A DNA stretch of 64,000 nucleotides. Origin: Paraspadella gotoi. Lineage: Eukaryota > Animalia > Chaetognatha. The notes beneath the pieces were generated by a model that did not search any database, was not told the DNA's origin, and worked only from the letters and a program-made list of their open reading frames with translations. The position numbers were made by a program, and so were the translations under genes. The DNA is taken from the NCBI GenBank assembly GCA_051294375.1, contig CM119269.1, forward strand, positions 18,275,413-18,339,412, written 5' to 3'. Numbering within the stretch: the stretch's first letter is position 1; every line of letters starts with the position of its first letter. This document shows positions 48,500 to 63,130 of the stretch, piece by piece.

Positions 48500-51400
48500 G
48501 CCTTTCTTTTAATATAAAATCCAGTTTCAGATGAGGGGAACTAAAAAATATGAGAAGATATCTTTTCCTCCCCTTTCAATACTCTATTCTCAAACATGTT
48601 GTTAACGGAAAAACTCAGAAAAGTACTTGACAGGAAAGAAAAAAAAGAGATACGGACCTAGTATAAAAAAGTAATAATGATTAAAATTAAGAAATAATAG
48701 GCGAGATCCAGGAATAGTCACAGGCAAAAGCTCTGTAAACATATTTAAATGAGCTAGAGAAAGAGAGCAGAATGAAAAGTCTGACAACATCATCAAGCGC
48801 ATGAAAAAATGTGTTTGGATCTATGAATAACAAGAAAGCCAAATAATAATCATCTCCGGTGATGATTTGGTTCTGTTGGCTGCTTCTGTATGAGAGAGAA
48901 GAGAATTGTGTCTCCGCGTGGCTCTTTGGGATGTGGAGGTTGAGTAATGTTGTTTTAGATTGCGATGAGTCAGTCGCCGGGATTGATGTCTCGCTTTGGT
49001 ATATACACTGTTTTACGTAGTACGTCGTGTCTTGATCTTTTGACACGGTCGTCCTCGATCGCACTTATTTCATTATTTAATGTATTTTGAGTAGTTGGAC
49101 AGAAGAAAATAATACTTTTGGTACGTATTGCCTTGTATATTTATGTGAGAATACGCGATGCGGAAAAAAAGTTATTCGGTAATGGTTTGTTTATTATCTT
49201 AAATATAAGTGAAATCATCATACGTATACAGTATACCAAATTATACTTTACTGCTAGTACCCAAATTATATAGCATAATATTTGTTTATGAATGTTTCTA
49301 ACTCGGGGATAGGTATGGATGCTGAGAAAGTGAGATTTTGTGTGAGGAAACATGAAGGTAAGCAAAGGTCTATATCGGCCAGCAAAGATATGATTTTGTG
49401 TATTTAATATTATGAGTTTGCATATAAATGTTATATATAAGATTGTGGATACATTGTTCAAATATAAAAAGTTGCTATTAGATGTGAAAGATCCCTTTTT
49501 TTGTACTTTAAATTTAAGATGGATTATACGATAAATCGGTACACACGAGGAATTATCCAAATGCTTATGAATATAAAATAACTGATTGTGAAAAAAAATG
49601 ATCAAACCTGTTTCCAAAATGCAAACGGTCTTTTTGTTAATTTTTTTTTTGCTCTCTGTTGGTCCGAGATTGTCTCAGGTTCGTCTACGTCGTTCCTCTA
49701 TGGGACGCCGATAGCGATGCAGCTCTTCCTTTCGTAATTTGATACTGTTCCTAATTCTCTGCACTTTTCAGAGAGTTGGACTGGAGGATGTACTTTTACA
49801 TGTGTTTGTACCCATTTTGTGTTGTTCGCGAGATAATTTTCTAGACAAGTCGTTGATATAGAAATATGGATGAAAGACGAAGTCGGTGTACCACATCAGT
49901 TTCGATTCAGAATATCCGCCGTATGTGGATATAAAAATATTGATTGTTTTGTATATATATTAGAAAAAATAAGTTTTGGAGAGAAGAAATTTTATATTAT
50001 TATATTATCGTTTTCTGTCTACGCACGATTGGAATGATTAAGACTTTTTTTGGCAGTGTTGTAGTTTAGCTATTATTTCTGAGATAATACGAAAGCTTTG
50101 AGATAATAAGAATTTAATTTGAGTGAAATCTATCTCGAGCAAGATAATGTATTTATCTCTGAGGCCTAAGTTGAAAGAAAATGAATGTAGGGCAAAGTAT
50201 CTTGCATATTCGTAGTAATTAGCTGTGGTTTGTTCTTAACAAAATTTGTTTTTAATTAGATTATTGTTTATCTTGTGTTCTAAGTATACGTATTCTGCTT
50301 GAGAGATGATAACATTTAATCGATGTAATTCGATGTAAAGATGTGTTGTTTAAGCAGCCCGAACAGCGTCTTAGTAGAACGAAGTCGATATATTCTGGAA
50401 AAGTAGATGAGGAAGCGAAGTATTCTGACAAGACGCAAACGCCACAGAAAGAAATGCAACTGAGCAGGGAGATACCGACGAAAGGACGACCTGCGCAGGA
50501 GCAGCACGAGAGCCATGAAGACAGCATGAAAACGCGACGAAGCACGAAGATGAGTTAGAGCGTAGGATGTTAGTTGGGGTCTTAGGCCAGAACGAGCCCT
50601 GCAGTCTGTAGCGAAACGAGACGTACGCTCGGCAGTCGAACGACACAGATGAGCAAGTAGTTACTGTTTAGGGGGACGACCCGAATATTGTCGAAGAGCG
50701 AAGATGTCACGGTCGCTATTCACAAAATCAAACGTTATTAATGGGTTGAATTGCTGTATTATTGATTATCAGAAAACAATAGGGAAACTGCTGTCATTGT
50801 GCTGGTTTAATAGCATTGATCAATGGTTTTTTTTTTTTTTTGTCTGAGAGAGAGAGAGAGAAGAGAGAAGAGAGGAGACCCGGAGGATGATACAAGTGAG
50901 GTGAGATATAAATGAAAAGAAGAGAGAGAAGAGAGTTTATGTAGAGAGAAGGAGGAGGAGTGCAGTCAAGTATAGGGGAAGAGAGATGTTATTCCAACAG
51001 AGGAGGCGTTATTAGGCGCGGAGACACAGCACGATAAGGTCGTAGTGAGCGGTCTGGACGAGTAGTGAGGAGGCATTTGAGGGAAGAGAAAAGATCTGTA
51101 GGAACCTGAGAAAGGAGCGAAAGAAGAGAGAATTACAGTGAATTCTCTCCCGCACCGGTTCCCAATGACTAGAGCCTTTCAAGTACGACGCGGCACAGAC
51201 GAATATGATTCGAGTAGAGGTAGAGAGAGACAGACGAGTAGAAGAGTAGCAGTCAGATGATACGCATGCTAGACGACGACCGATATGGCAGGTGACCCGA
51301 GAATGAGAGTCTCTCGCATGATCCCGAGAGAGGCGGGTCTTTCCCTGTCTTCTATCATCTAGTTTCTCTCTCGTCGTCAATACAATCAGTTCTTTCCTCT

Positions 51401-53820
51401 TAATCTCCAACATATCTCTGCGGAAGTCACCTCTTTCCTCTATCAGCAAGAGATTATTAAATCACCTGGGAACAACTCTTGACCCTCGATAGGTTTTCCT
51501 CCCGCTCTTTATCCGCTTTTCACTTCTGCTCAGTTTATGGTATATATGACTCCTCTCGAAATAGATGACTCTGGACCAACACTCTCTTGAGGTAAAAAAA
51601 ACTGTGGGGCAAAAAACTCGACAAACGACACAACAGCCACTTTTTCAAGCCACTGGATACCAATCAGATTTTTTCATACAAATTCTGTTTCTATTCAATC
51701 CAAACAGCATTATAAGAGAGATATTTAATCAACCACCCTTCAATTTGATATAGGGAATTATCGCACCACTTTTACATCACATCGCGGGAGTGATAAACAC
51801 CGAGTCCTCCTCCTCTAGAGAATGCAGTAAGAGTTACTTGTTGTAATACTGGCAAGGTAATGTCTCCGCTTTATGGTTTATTTAGAAACGTTTACAGTAA
51901 GTGTTGTATAATTTGATAGGCCTTTCTAAAACCAGCAGTATGCCTGTGTCGCTATTCTCGCGGGCATCGTCTCAAAGTCAGGGGCCGACCAGGATTGTCT
52001 ATACTTCTCTACTTATAATTGATATTTGGGGCTATTTGGATGTATATTTTTAGTTTATATTGGTTGATTACCATTTTTACTATTAATCGAATCTTGTATT
52101 TCCGAGTCCGGCTCACTACAAAACACAGAATATAGCCTAGCAAATTGCATTCCTGGGCAAAATTTAAATTCTGGGAGATTTATAACACACGAAAATCAAT
52201 ATAAGGAACCTGAAATGAATTGATTTTTTTCTCTTAATTTTCTTTCAATCATAAGAATGTATTTTCGTATTAATGTTTATTGCAGCTACTCATCCTACCT
52301 CCCTTTGGCCCTCGTGCTTTATTATTTTTGTATTCTCTCTTTTCTTTTTCGCTGTTCCTTCTTCTTTGCCTCGTCTTCTATCTTCGCTTCTCGATCTCTC
52401 GCCTCTACCCTTTCTTTCCAAAACCCCAGTTGAAAACCAAAAAGTAACGAACACGCAAATCTGTTTTCCAAATGATATCCCGCGTCACCCTGTGGTCCTT
52501 TCTTTCATCTTCTAGACGGTTACTAGCGAAAGATTATTTGGGCCGGAAATTTCGCCTCTGTTTCTCAGGAGCCGAGAATAGGGATAAGGAAAAGGAGGGG
52601 ACCCTTGGGAAGCGCGCCGCTGCCGACGCCCAAAGCAAATAAAGACTAATGAAAAAAAACGTTATTAGTTGTTTTAATAATACGTCACTGTATGTATGTA
52701 GACTATATTGTCGCTAAATTCATGTACGAGCTGTGCGTTGGCAGATTCTACTTCCTTTCTGCGTTATCAATGCTCTTTATCTCTCATTCATCAGATCACG
52801 GTGTCTTAAAATCGAATAGTATGCTCAGCCTCGTCCATATCAGAAAAACATCCCGATCATCTTTCACGGTACCTTGCTGGTAAGAAAATCGAATAATATC
52901 AGCGTCTCTATAGGGAAACTATATAAGAAATGCCTACGAGGACATAACGGGAAGATAGGAGGAAACAGGCAACAGCTTTAGAACGAAAGTTCCCTGTGCA
53001 AGAGAGTTAGTGAATTTTATGAAAATGTTTGTTGTAAAGTCTTTTATGCTTTTTGAGTCGAAGGTCTTTTGAGAAAGAAGAGTAGAGGAGATGTGAAGAG
53101 GATGACTCGATGCCTACTGGCATGAATTAGCTTAGGGCATACACACAAGCCTTAAGCGCAGGAGGCCCGGGTCACACTGATATTTAACGGTAGAGAATAA
53201 TTGAAAAAGATAGTCTATACGAAGTAGGAGAAGCGCACTGTACTGTCTCCATTCATATAGAAATTCATCTCCTGTTTACCGTTATAGGAATTTCCTATAT
53301 ATAGGCTGGGGTTTGGCAGAACTCACGTGAGTTGTCAGGAACCAGTGAATCACAATCAAATGTATAAAAAGAACACACACATAAGGGTGTAAAGAAGTGG
53401 ACACGGGAATATCACTGGAACGAGTTTCCAGCTCGAGAATTAAGCGTAAACGAGATCAGCAGTTGTATCCTCGTAAAGGAAACGACACCAAAAGCGCAGG
53501 CCATGGAAGCGGCCTCGCTGTAGGAAAGGATTAAATACCCGCCTAAGTAACAAATAGGTTTTCCGCCATTCAAAAACCCAGGGTCATTCTAGCCTTCAGT
53601 CAAGGGAGAGTTTAAGTCCTCACCAGTTATTAGGCTCCGGCTTGAGTCGGAAAAACAACGTCGGCTGTCTCATTGTTTTTTTTTTTGATACGGTCGCTTT
53701 GTCGCCTTGGTTAAGCGTGCGCCGCCGTCAAGAGTGGGCGACCCCTCCAGCGATTGGATGTCTTTTGTTAGTATAAGCGTCGTGAGTCCGGGGCCCCAAG
53801 TCGAGCGAGTGTCGACCACA
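48500..53820 (+). repeat. Very noisy, ~2x insertion-expanded direct copy of 45640-48290
   Basis: Anchors occur in the same order: aaatcc..cag (48517 / 45652), tattgattatcagaaaacaata (50760 / 46918), tctcaggagccg (52563 / 47653), cagtcaagggagagtt (53597 / 48114), ggtcgctttgtcgccttggtta (53692 / 48183). Confidence 0.7.
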
Positions 53821-55790
53821 GAGATGGGCATGTCAGTATAGTCTGCGTCACTCGAACCCGATCCTGACGCCAAGAGTTCTCCACAACGCATGCCAATTCC
53901 TCTTCTTCTCGAGACAATGGATCAATTTTCTTCAGTTTGCCGTCGCTTTCTTTTTACAGCATGCCTTTTTTTGGGCTGGGTTGGGTGTCTTGGGCGCGAG
54001 GGGCTTTTGCGCGAGCTTCGAGGTGTTCTGCGATCGTCCACAAATTAAGTTTGTTGCCCATCCGTTGAAAAGGGATGACTGCCACTTTTCCGCCTTCCTT
54101 CTTGTTTCTTATCTGTTTCTCGATGTTTTCTGCTGCTGATCGTCTGTCAATTGAACTGGAATCACGTGCATGCGGAGTAAGTCGAGTAAATGGCGGGCAA
54201 GAGGACTCGTACGATCGGTGAACGGCAAGTGTGGTCGGAGAGTAAAGGTTTTTTGTTGATAGAGTTTATTCGTAGAGAGATATAGCGAGAAATCGAAAAG
54301 TTTAAACCTTTGAATTCACGAGTTTCTGTGGGTGCTTGCATATATTATAAAAAAAGTTTTGCTGTCCGGTAGTCACACTGGGGAGTCTTCAAAGCGGATG
54401 GACTTTTTTGGTGAGTTCACCCGCTTTTCGAGCTTTGGCCCGGCGGGATGACTGCGTCGTCTCGCCGTATCGGATCAAAGTCCGGTCTCGAATCTGTCAC
54501 GCCCGAGTCGTCAGTCAGATTGCGATTGGATCGTCAGGTCAGAGTCGCAGACATGCTCCGTTCTTGAGAATGAGTCCTCGTGTCACTCTCAGTGCGACTG
54601 ATTCTTCTTAGCGGGTCATATACTCATCATGAGCGGTGCTCTCGCGTCTCATCGGTTCTGACGAGGTTTTCTGCACCTGGCCCGTTTCTTCGGTCTCTTC
54701 TCTCTCGACCGATGCAATCTCCCCTAGGGGCTCTGTGTAGAGGGGTTTAGAAAGACGGAGGCATCTAGCGTCGTAGTCCACTCGTCGCATCCCGTCGTCC
54801 ATCGAAAGAATGCTGATTGATCAAGGATAAGTCCGAGCATTGAGGCGTTGCTTAGTTTGCTTACTGCGGAGCCGCGCAATGGAATGTTGTTGTTATAAAG
54901 TTAAGATCCGGAGAGGCAGATTGAAAGCAAAAGAGAAAATGGTTATCACAATGCAACAGTGTGTCCCCGCCGCGCAACGAGAGAGCCACAATGAGGACGG
55001 AGATTTTCAGTAGTTCACCATTGTTGCTGGGAGGGAAGAGAGAGAGAGAGAGAGAGAGAAGAGAGATGAGAGAGAGAGAGGAGGAGAGAGAGGAGGAGAG
55101 AGAGGAGGAAAGACGAGAAGGGAGCTGTGGACTTTGTTTGTTTGGGTCAGGGCCCCAGCTGGAAAAATGGTTTCACTAGTGCGGGTGCGTGGTCTTGGAA
55201 TATGGTGTTGCATGNNNNNNNNNNNNNNNNNNNNNNNNNTCGAAAGAGATGGCACACGCGCCCCGGCTTCTTTTTAAAACCCTTTTTTTGGCTGGCTGGG
55301 TTGGGCGAGGGCTTGGGCTTGTGTTCTCCCAAAAAAGGCCAAAAAAGGGAATGATTGTGGAACGCAACTTGTTTGCGTCCACCATGATGACCTTTTTTTT
55401 CTCTGTTTCTGCTGATTCTGCATTGAAGAATCGTGATGCGTAATCGAGTAAATGGCGCAAAGGACTTACTCGTGACGCATTGGTGAATAAATGTGGGTTT
55501 TTGTGAAGAGAGAAAGTTTATTCACGAGCTTGTGGGTTCAAATAAGTTGATATCTGACTTACACTTTGACTTTGCCCGGCCTCCTCTATCTCTCTCTCTC
55601 TTCTCTCTCTCTCTCTCTCTCGTCTCTCTCTCTCTCTTCTCTCTCCCCTCCTCGATCTGTCTCAGATTCCGACATTGAGCTTGCTCTCCAATGAATCGTT
55701 GTTTTATTAACCGCAATTAAACAAAAGAGAAAAATGGTTTCACATACTTTCGCGCCAGGCAGAGATTTTTTTCACCATTGTTGCTGGGAG

Positions 55791-55848
<58 letters not shown>

Positions 55849-55919
55849 GAGAGAGAGCTGCGGACTTTGTTGTTTGGTCAGGGCCCCCAGCTGGAAAAAT
55901 GGTTTTCCAGTCGGGTGCG

Positions 55920-56187
55920 TGGCTTGGAATATGTGATCATAAAGTGGGTCATTCACGTCGGGAAGATGATGCGGTGACGTTCGCGCTGAATGGAAGGACG
56001 GGAATTTAATTACCAAACGTTTTCGAGTCGAGGGAGGGGGGTTTTGAGATTGTCCGTGCGAACGAATGAATTGATTATCTCTTTATAAGGGTAATTATTC
56101 CCCATTATTTTTTAGCCTAAAAAAATTAATGAAGAATTACTAGTTATTACTAGTAATTTTTCCTTTAACTCTATTAATTCCCTTAAG
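55920..56187 (+). repeat. Direct repeat shared with 63172-63447
   Basis: ttggaatatgtgat(t)cataaagtgggtcattcacgtcgggaagatgatgcggtgacgt through ttaattcccttaag is present in both. Confidence 0.9.
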
Positions 56188-59142
56188 TTTGTCATTTGTT
56201 GTCAATTCCAGTCGTCAATCCCCGATTGCTTGTCCAGACCTGGTCAGTCATCGGTCCTCATTCGCAAAAGTTTTTCGGTTCCATCTACCGACAAAATCCA
56301 AAAACGAGGTGAACGAATCGTCTCGGCTCGCCTCGACGCCGCGCCTCCACAAAATTTTCGCCTCGTCAACTAAGCGACTCCTAAACCGTCGAGTTTCATC
56401 CATCAAGCTGAGTCGAGGCCTTGCAGCTCAAATGAAACCAAGGGATCGCGAGTCACCACACGAGATCTGCATTCACACGTAGCGCCCGAAGTGAATTCGA
56501 AGATCGGGTCCGTGATCGACGTGACTTCGTAGACTTTATGCGGAGTGAGATCACCCATGACCCCGGGTGAGAATCGAAAGAAACTCACAGCGGCAATCGT
56601 TTAAAGTTTTAAAACCATTTCCAACAGTAAAACCATGGATGGTAGGGGCCACATTGGTAGTGGTCAACTTTTCGACACTAACTTCGCAAATTTTCTCCAA
56701 ACTTTTCTTTTTTCTCTTCGTATCCAGCCACAGCCCAGAAAATGGTTAAATAGACTTAACCACATGACCGCTACACTCTCCTACTTTTCTCAGCGAGATT
56801 TCCTGAGGCTCGAAAAATCCCCACGACGCTCTCTCACGGCTGAGTCTCTCCCCCCGGTTACGCAAAACCTCACCCATCCTTCCTCAACGACTTTTCACAC
56901 TCACCGCCACGTCTGTTCGTCAGGATACCCAGTCACTCACTTTTTTTTTGTTTGACTTCGCGGGACGCCGATATGGTTTCGAAGCGTCGAGCGAGTGGGG
57001 GATGGCAGGCGCGGCGGAAGCTGCTGAGTGCGGCTGCCTGCGGTGCTGTAACGCTGCATGGTGGCGGTGGCGGCGCGTGGCAAGACGGATGACTTTCCTT
57101 TTGAGGCGCTGTTATTTTTTGTTGGGAATAATTCCGCGCAATAGGATACCTCTAGTATGTCTCCTCGCTCTTCTCAAGTCAAAATATTAATCATTTCGTA
57201 TCATACCAGAGAGATCTATTTACTTTGGGTTGCACTTCTTCTTTCTCCGCATACTTCAATATCGATGATATCTCATCAAAACAAATCTTTGCCCGTCGGA
57301 TCACTCTCTTCTCGTCTTCATTACTTGTCAATAGTAGTAATTTTCTTATTCGTGCCTATTTTTTTCGGCTGGATTCTCCGTCACTCGACGCGCATACGTG
57401 TGATCTTTGTACGATATTCCCGGAACACAATCATTTTTGTTCATAAGACGTATGTACTAGATCGAAAGAGAAGTGTATGCTTAGCCAAAGGTAAAAGTAG
57501 AGTAATACCGCAGAGAGAGCAGTCTCTGTTGATTCTCACAATACTTGGAGATGAAGTAAAATTTAAGGATTCCAGGTCACAGGTAGTTCTAGGTTAAATG
57601 TATTTAGTAGTATGATATGAACGTGTTATCGTAGAGCAGTTAATTGTTAATTGATTAGGCGAAAAGAATCGAAAGGATCTTCATACATTTTTTACGGTAA
57701 AGCAAAGTCGTTAAATAATCCATCCATGCGGCGCCGTGGCTAATAATAAAAAGTTCCCAAAAACAATAAAAATAATAACAAACCGGTTTAAGCAAGCCAG
57801 CTCCAACACAAGGTTCTAAGAAAGTCCAAATACAAATCCTGTCTTCCGTTTGTCTCTTTGTGGCTCCACTCCCACCACAACCACGGCGAACAACCAGTGA
57901 AAAAACCGAACACAAAAGAAAGCGATCAACGCCCGATGGCGCGACAAAGCACAGCCAAAACAACCTTGAGTTCATAGGAACGCCGCCTCACGAAACTCCG
58001 CCGCCGCCGCCAATCCACTTCGCGTCGAAACGTCAAACCATCGGCGGCGAAGCAAAAAAAAAAAGGAGTTGACTGGGATTCCTGATACAGAGCTGGGTGA
58101 GGTTGAAAGTTGTGATGGCTCCTCGAAGGGATATGTGCAGCTGCCTCTAAGTTTTATCTGGGTCGCAGGGGGGTGGAGGAGAATCGTGAGGATCTTCATC
58201 CTCATCCCTTTCCTCTTAGAGGCGATCCTGTCCCGCGCTGTGACCTTTTCCGACGAGAGCACCACCATATCAGACTAGTAGAATGAAATGAGAGTAATGT
58301 GAGAAAGTGTTCCGGAGCTGGTTTGTCGGTTTACAATTTTTAAACTGACAAACAAACGAAATTCTACGAAATCGAGATAACGCGAGTGAGATCTTTCCTC
58401 ATGTTAGGCCTGAAATTAGAGAGGCACCAAGGTTGGGATTAAGATGGAATTAAATTTTGAACGCGGCAAAATTAACTCTCTGCTGCGTCAAGAATAGGGC
58501 AGCATCCAAACTACGATAGTTATCACACTACCACAATTTCATCGGTTGCTGAATGCGAAGAGTGTGAAAACTGGGTTTAATAAAAAGCTATTTATAATAC
58601 GATTTGTCCCGGGCCGTGCGTTGAACTTTCTTAATCGTATCTGGAAAGGAGGGATGGAACGGGGTCGAAGGTGAGGTAGAGAGCACGCAAGAGACGTATC
58701 CCGAGAGAGATGAGAGAGAAAGTCACTGAAACCACCCTGAGCACAGCCGTTGTCTCATTGTTCTAACTAGGATCACACATCTGCCGTAGCGAAACCAAAT
58801 ACTAAATTATCTCTTCAGATCATATTTCACATCAAGGTCAGGAGGCTCGTGACATTGCAGTACTCTGTGTGAACTCGCCGATCCCTTTTGGTTCATTTGA
58901 GCTGAAAGGCTCGGAACCTCAGCTGATGGATGGATCGACGGTTTTAGGGTCGCTAAGTTGGACGAGGACGAAAAATTTTGTGGAGGCGCGGGCGGTCGAG
59001 GCGAAGCCGAAGACATTCGTCACCTCGTTTTGGAATTTTGTCGGTAGATGGAACCGAAACTTGCGAATGAAGACCGACTGACTGACCAGTCATGGACCAA
59101 GCAATCGGGATTGACGACATTGATTGACAACAAATGACAAAT
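56188..59142. repeat. Fold-back inverted repeat; arms ~56188-57150 and ~57740-59142, centre ~57450
   Basis: 56188-56400 is the reverse complement of 58935-59142, and 56915-57020 is the reverse complement of 57995-58095. Confidence 0.85.
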
Positions 59143-61339
59143 TAAGCGAACTTAACCTAACATGTTGGTACAAGGGAACATTAATGGTGGTTATAATGGT
59201 CACCGTCTCATCAAATCTTTAAATATAGATTTACATCGCACAATATATAGCAGTTGTCCTTTGTTAAACAGGAGATAAAGAATTATTAATTGCGGAGAAA
59301 TATACTTAACCAAGACTCTATTTAAAGAGATTATTCATAAGTCTCGTTTATTTCTCGTTTATATTCCTATCGTTCGTTTCATATGGAACTGTTATGATCG
59401 GACGGAGAGCCGATTGACATGATCTCTTATTAACACGCCTTTCTACATGCTCATATTCACACGATCTCTTAATTCCTGTTAGAGCACAACTAGTATCTTA
59501 TAATTGTAAGTGTCGAGCTGAGGTAAGTGATATCCACTTAAATTCTAAATCTCTACATGCAAAGACCTCTCTGAGTTATAATTGTGTGGTGAGTAGACGA
59601 TATAGACTAGTAAAATACGTATCAATCTCATATAGCATACTACTTTTTATCAAAAAACAACAAGAACGTTAAAAAATTCTGCCTATAAAATTTATGTTAA
59701 AAATTATAATACGTGAATTATATTGAAATACCGTCACAACCTAATTTAATTAATAATATTAATAAAGAAAAATTTCAAAACATTTTGACCGAGTAAAACG
59801 CTAAGCCGCGTCGGATACACTTTCTAGTGACAAATATTTAATGTGATGATATTAATGTTCTGTATCCGCCTAACGATATACCTACAAATTTTTTTTTATT
59901 CTGATTGTCATAATTGTTTGTGCTCTGTAGTTTCGATCACGTTAGCTGACTTCAAGTTTCTTTAATTACCACCATAACAGTTGCAGCTTTTTGGAACAGT
60001 TGGCGATTTAGTTATCAAGCAAAACGAATTTGGCGACGAGGAACGGAGATAAAAATGTTTGTTTTCATGAAAAACGAGGTTGAAAATTAATATCACTATT
60101 ATATATCCAGAGAGATTAAACACTATAGAACAGAACGTGGAAGAATCAATAATCAATTACCAAAATATACATCTCTCACACTCGGCTGACCGATTGTTAA
60201 TAAACGTTGAACGTTCAGAGGCACGAATTTCTCCTCTGGAGTTCTAAACGTTAAAAATAATCATGATCTTCCTCACATTCCGATACTTCTTCTTCGCGGG
60301 ATAACGGACGAGGCCAGAAACCCAGATTATTTCAACTTCGTCGGCGAGTCTACACCGGCCACCGTCTCGCGTCTAGTCATTCTCCTCTCGACCGAGCGTA
60401 ACAATAATATCTGACCTTATTACTATTCATCCATTGTTATAACTTCACTTACTAAAACACCAGCATGGGTTCCGAGAAGAAAAAATATATTATAACAGTA
60501 CTCTCAAAGACTATTGAACAGATATTATATTGTGAATAGATGTTAAAATCTATACTAATGTTATTTTGGACTCGTTTTTGATTTTTATTGCTCGAGAGCG
60601 AGTTGATCTGCTCAAACATCAGTAAACAGAATGTTAGAGTAGCGTCAAAACACTTAGAGCTTCAGCCAAATTACCTGCTGCGGAGATGCTTAGCAAGATT
60701 ATCTAAGAGAATAGAGATAAGAAGGAGGGTGTTGGAGTGAGATGTAAGAGACGAAAATAGAGAGACCACATAGCAGATCAGGAAACGTACAAATGACAAT
60801 TAGACTGGTACACCAGCACACGCTGTCCAGGCAGAGAGATGAGAGGGAAGAATAGAAGAGGACGGGCACGATGGGATTACAAAGTGTGCGATCAGAATAA
60901 ATCCATACGTTATTTTTTGAACCGTACCTTAAGCTCGAATAATAAACTTTTCACTCTCACAATACAAAGTCAACACACTGTTTTTGAATTCACCAACTGC
61001 GCATCTGATCAGTTATATATTGTTGCACATTGTACTCCGGATTTATCGGACATGCACTGTATCTCCATTACACATGCAGGAATACAGAAACAGAGAAAAA
61101 GGTACAATAATATTCATGTGGGTATCTTCTAGCAACAGAAGCTTAGAGGCCAAGTCATCCATTACATTCCCTCATTTTGGTCACCTTCTTGTGAGAAGAA
61201 ACACATACACAAGCCAAGCCTCGTGCGCGTAGTACTCCTCAATCCTCATTTGCCTATGGTTTTAATTAATAATTTGGGGTTTAATAATGAGCCTTGGGGC
61301 GGCGTGTGCCATTTGTCTCTTTTACTTCCTTTCTGGTAT

Positions 61340-63130
61340 ACTCGTTCTGGACTCCGCTGAATCTCGCGTAAAAAAAGGGAAAATACCAAATGCCTTGTAG
61401 GTCCGGCCCCACTTTGAAGCCATGGACACGGGATAAATGCGAACGGCGCAAAAGCGTACCGAGAAAAAAACAAAAAAAATAACAGATGCGTGTTCTTCAC
61501 GTGGCACATATCACCTTGGAATTAACTCTCAGACTACTGACTGGCTAAACTCTTGAATGTTATCTTCTACTTTCTACGAACAGATACTTTCCTATAGAGA
61601 AAGATAGTATGTCCGTTGTTTCTTCAGTTACTCTCTTCTTCCCCAACTATTTTGTCCTTTTACTGTTCACTGGTTACTGGGTTCCTAACCTAATTATACA
61701 ATCGTGAGAGGAGCAAACATCCTTCCCTACTTCTATCTCTTTTTCCCTTTATTCCCGGCTATTTAATCTGAATTCCTAATACATCACTTTACCTACCTTC
61801 TGAATACCACTGATAAACTCCGTCTCCCCTGTTTCCCCATTTTCCTTGGGTATTCTTTCTTTTCCTAAACCTTTTTTCTCCGCTCTATCGTGTTTTTTCT
61901 TTTCCCTCTTTCTTCTTAACCTTTTCATTTTTCCATCTCCAACCTCTTTTCCTTTCTCTGCTCTTCTTTTAAACCTTTTCCTTCTTCCCAAGTCCCTCCT
62001 TTTCCTTTATTCCTATTTTCCGGCTCCTGAGAAAACAAGGGGAAATTTCCCGGCAAAAATCTTTCGCTCGAAGACAGAGGGAAAGCGTCGGAGCAAACGC
62101 ATAAGGCCATAGCACCGAGTTCCCTACAATCGGAAAAAAATCATCGTTAACAATCCGCATGTTTGGCTCAATAAAATAATTATATACCAGATGCAAACAT
62201 AGTTAACGGGAGCAGTGTGGAATCAAAAACTAGTAAATATTATGTACTTTTACAGACTTGTGATAACATAACTAGATTTGTAAAGTTGTTGTGACATTTC
62301 ATCCTAGTATTTAAGAGTTATCACGGGGTGATTGTCAGGTTTTCCAATATACATAAAACGGGAAAACCTATCAATCCCAATTTTTCCCAGTTTCCGAGGA
62401 TCCATTTTGGATTAAGGAAAACTGATTCGGTCGGAATATCTTACTATATTCGCCGTCTTGAATCCTTCCGCACTTCTACTTAACCCTTGGTCTCAATTTA
62501 TCATCTTCTCTTCCTAACTCTCCTACGGGTTTTTCCTTTGCATCCTCATTTTTCTTGTCTATCTCTCTGTCTCTCTCTTCCTTCTCTTTCTTCTGTGTTC
62601 CTTGGGATCGGTGGCTGTTTTCTTTTTATTTTCCTTTCTTATCGTCTCTTAATACCTTTCTCCCAATTCTCCTTTATCTCCTTTCTTTCTTTCTTTCTGT
62701 TCTTCCGCTCTTTACTTATATCCTGTTTGTCTGTCCTAAGCCGATCCTCTCTTTCTTCTCTCTCTCATCTTTTCTCTCTCTCTCTCTCTCTCTTCTCGTC
62801 TCTCTCTCTCTCGTCTCTCTTCTCTCTCTCTCCTCTCTCTCTTCTCTCTCATCTCTCTCCTTCGTTCGCGATTTCTTTCTCTTCCTTGCTCTCATTTTCT
62901 TCCCTTCTCCCTTGTACCTCCCCTCCTCCCTCTTCGCTCCGCTCTGCTCTCTCTCAGGACAAAAAAAAAATACGTGAATCTCAAATGGTATCTTAAACAA
63001 GCACCAATGACAGAGTTTCCATATCCTGTCTGCTTTTCCGTGATAATTATGATGTCAATAATCAATAACACTTAGTGATTTTGGCGACCGAACGCCACCG
63101 ACAACATCGGTCGGCCCAAAGACAATTGTC
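61340..63130 (-). repeat. Inverted copy of 46845-48280 (outer arm of the terminal fold-back)
   Basis: 61860-62120 pairs with 47565-47830, 62380-62435 pairs with 47262-47320, and 63055-63130 pairs with 46848-46925. Confidence 0.85.
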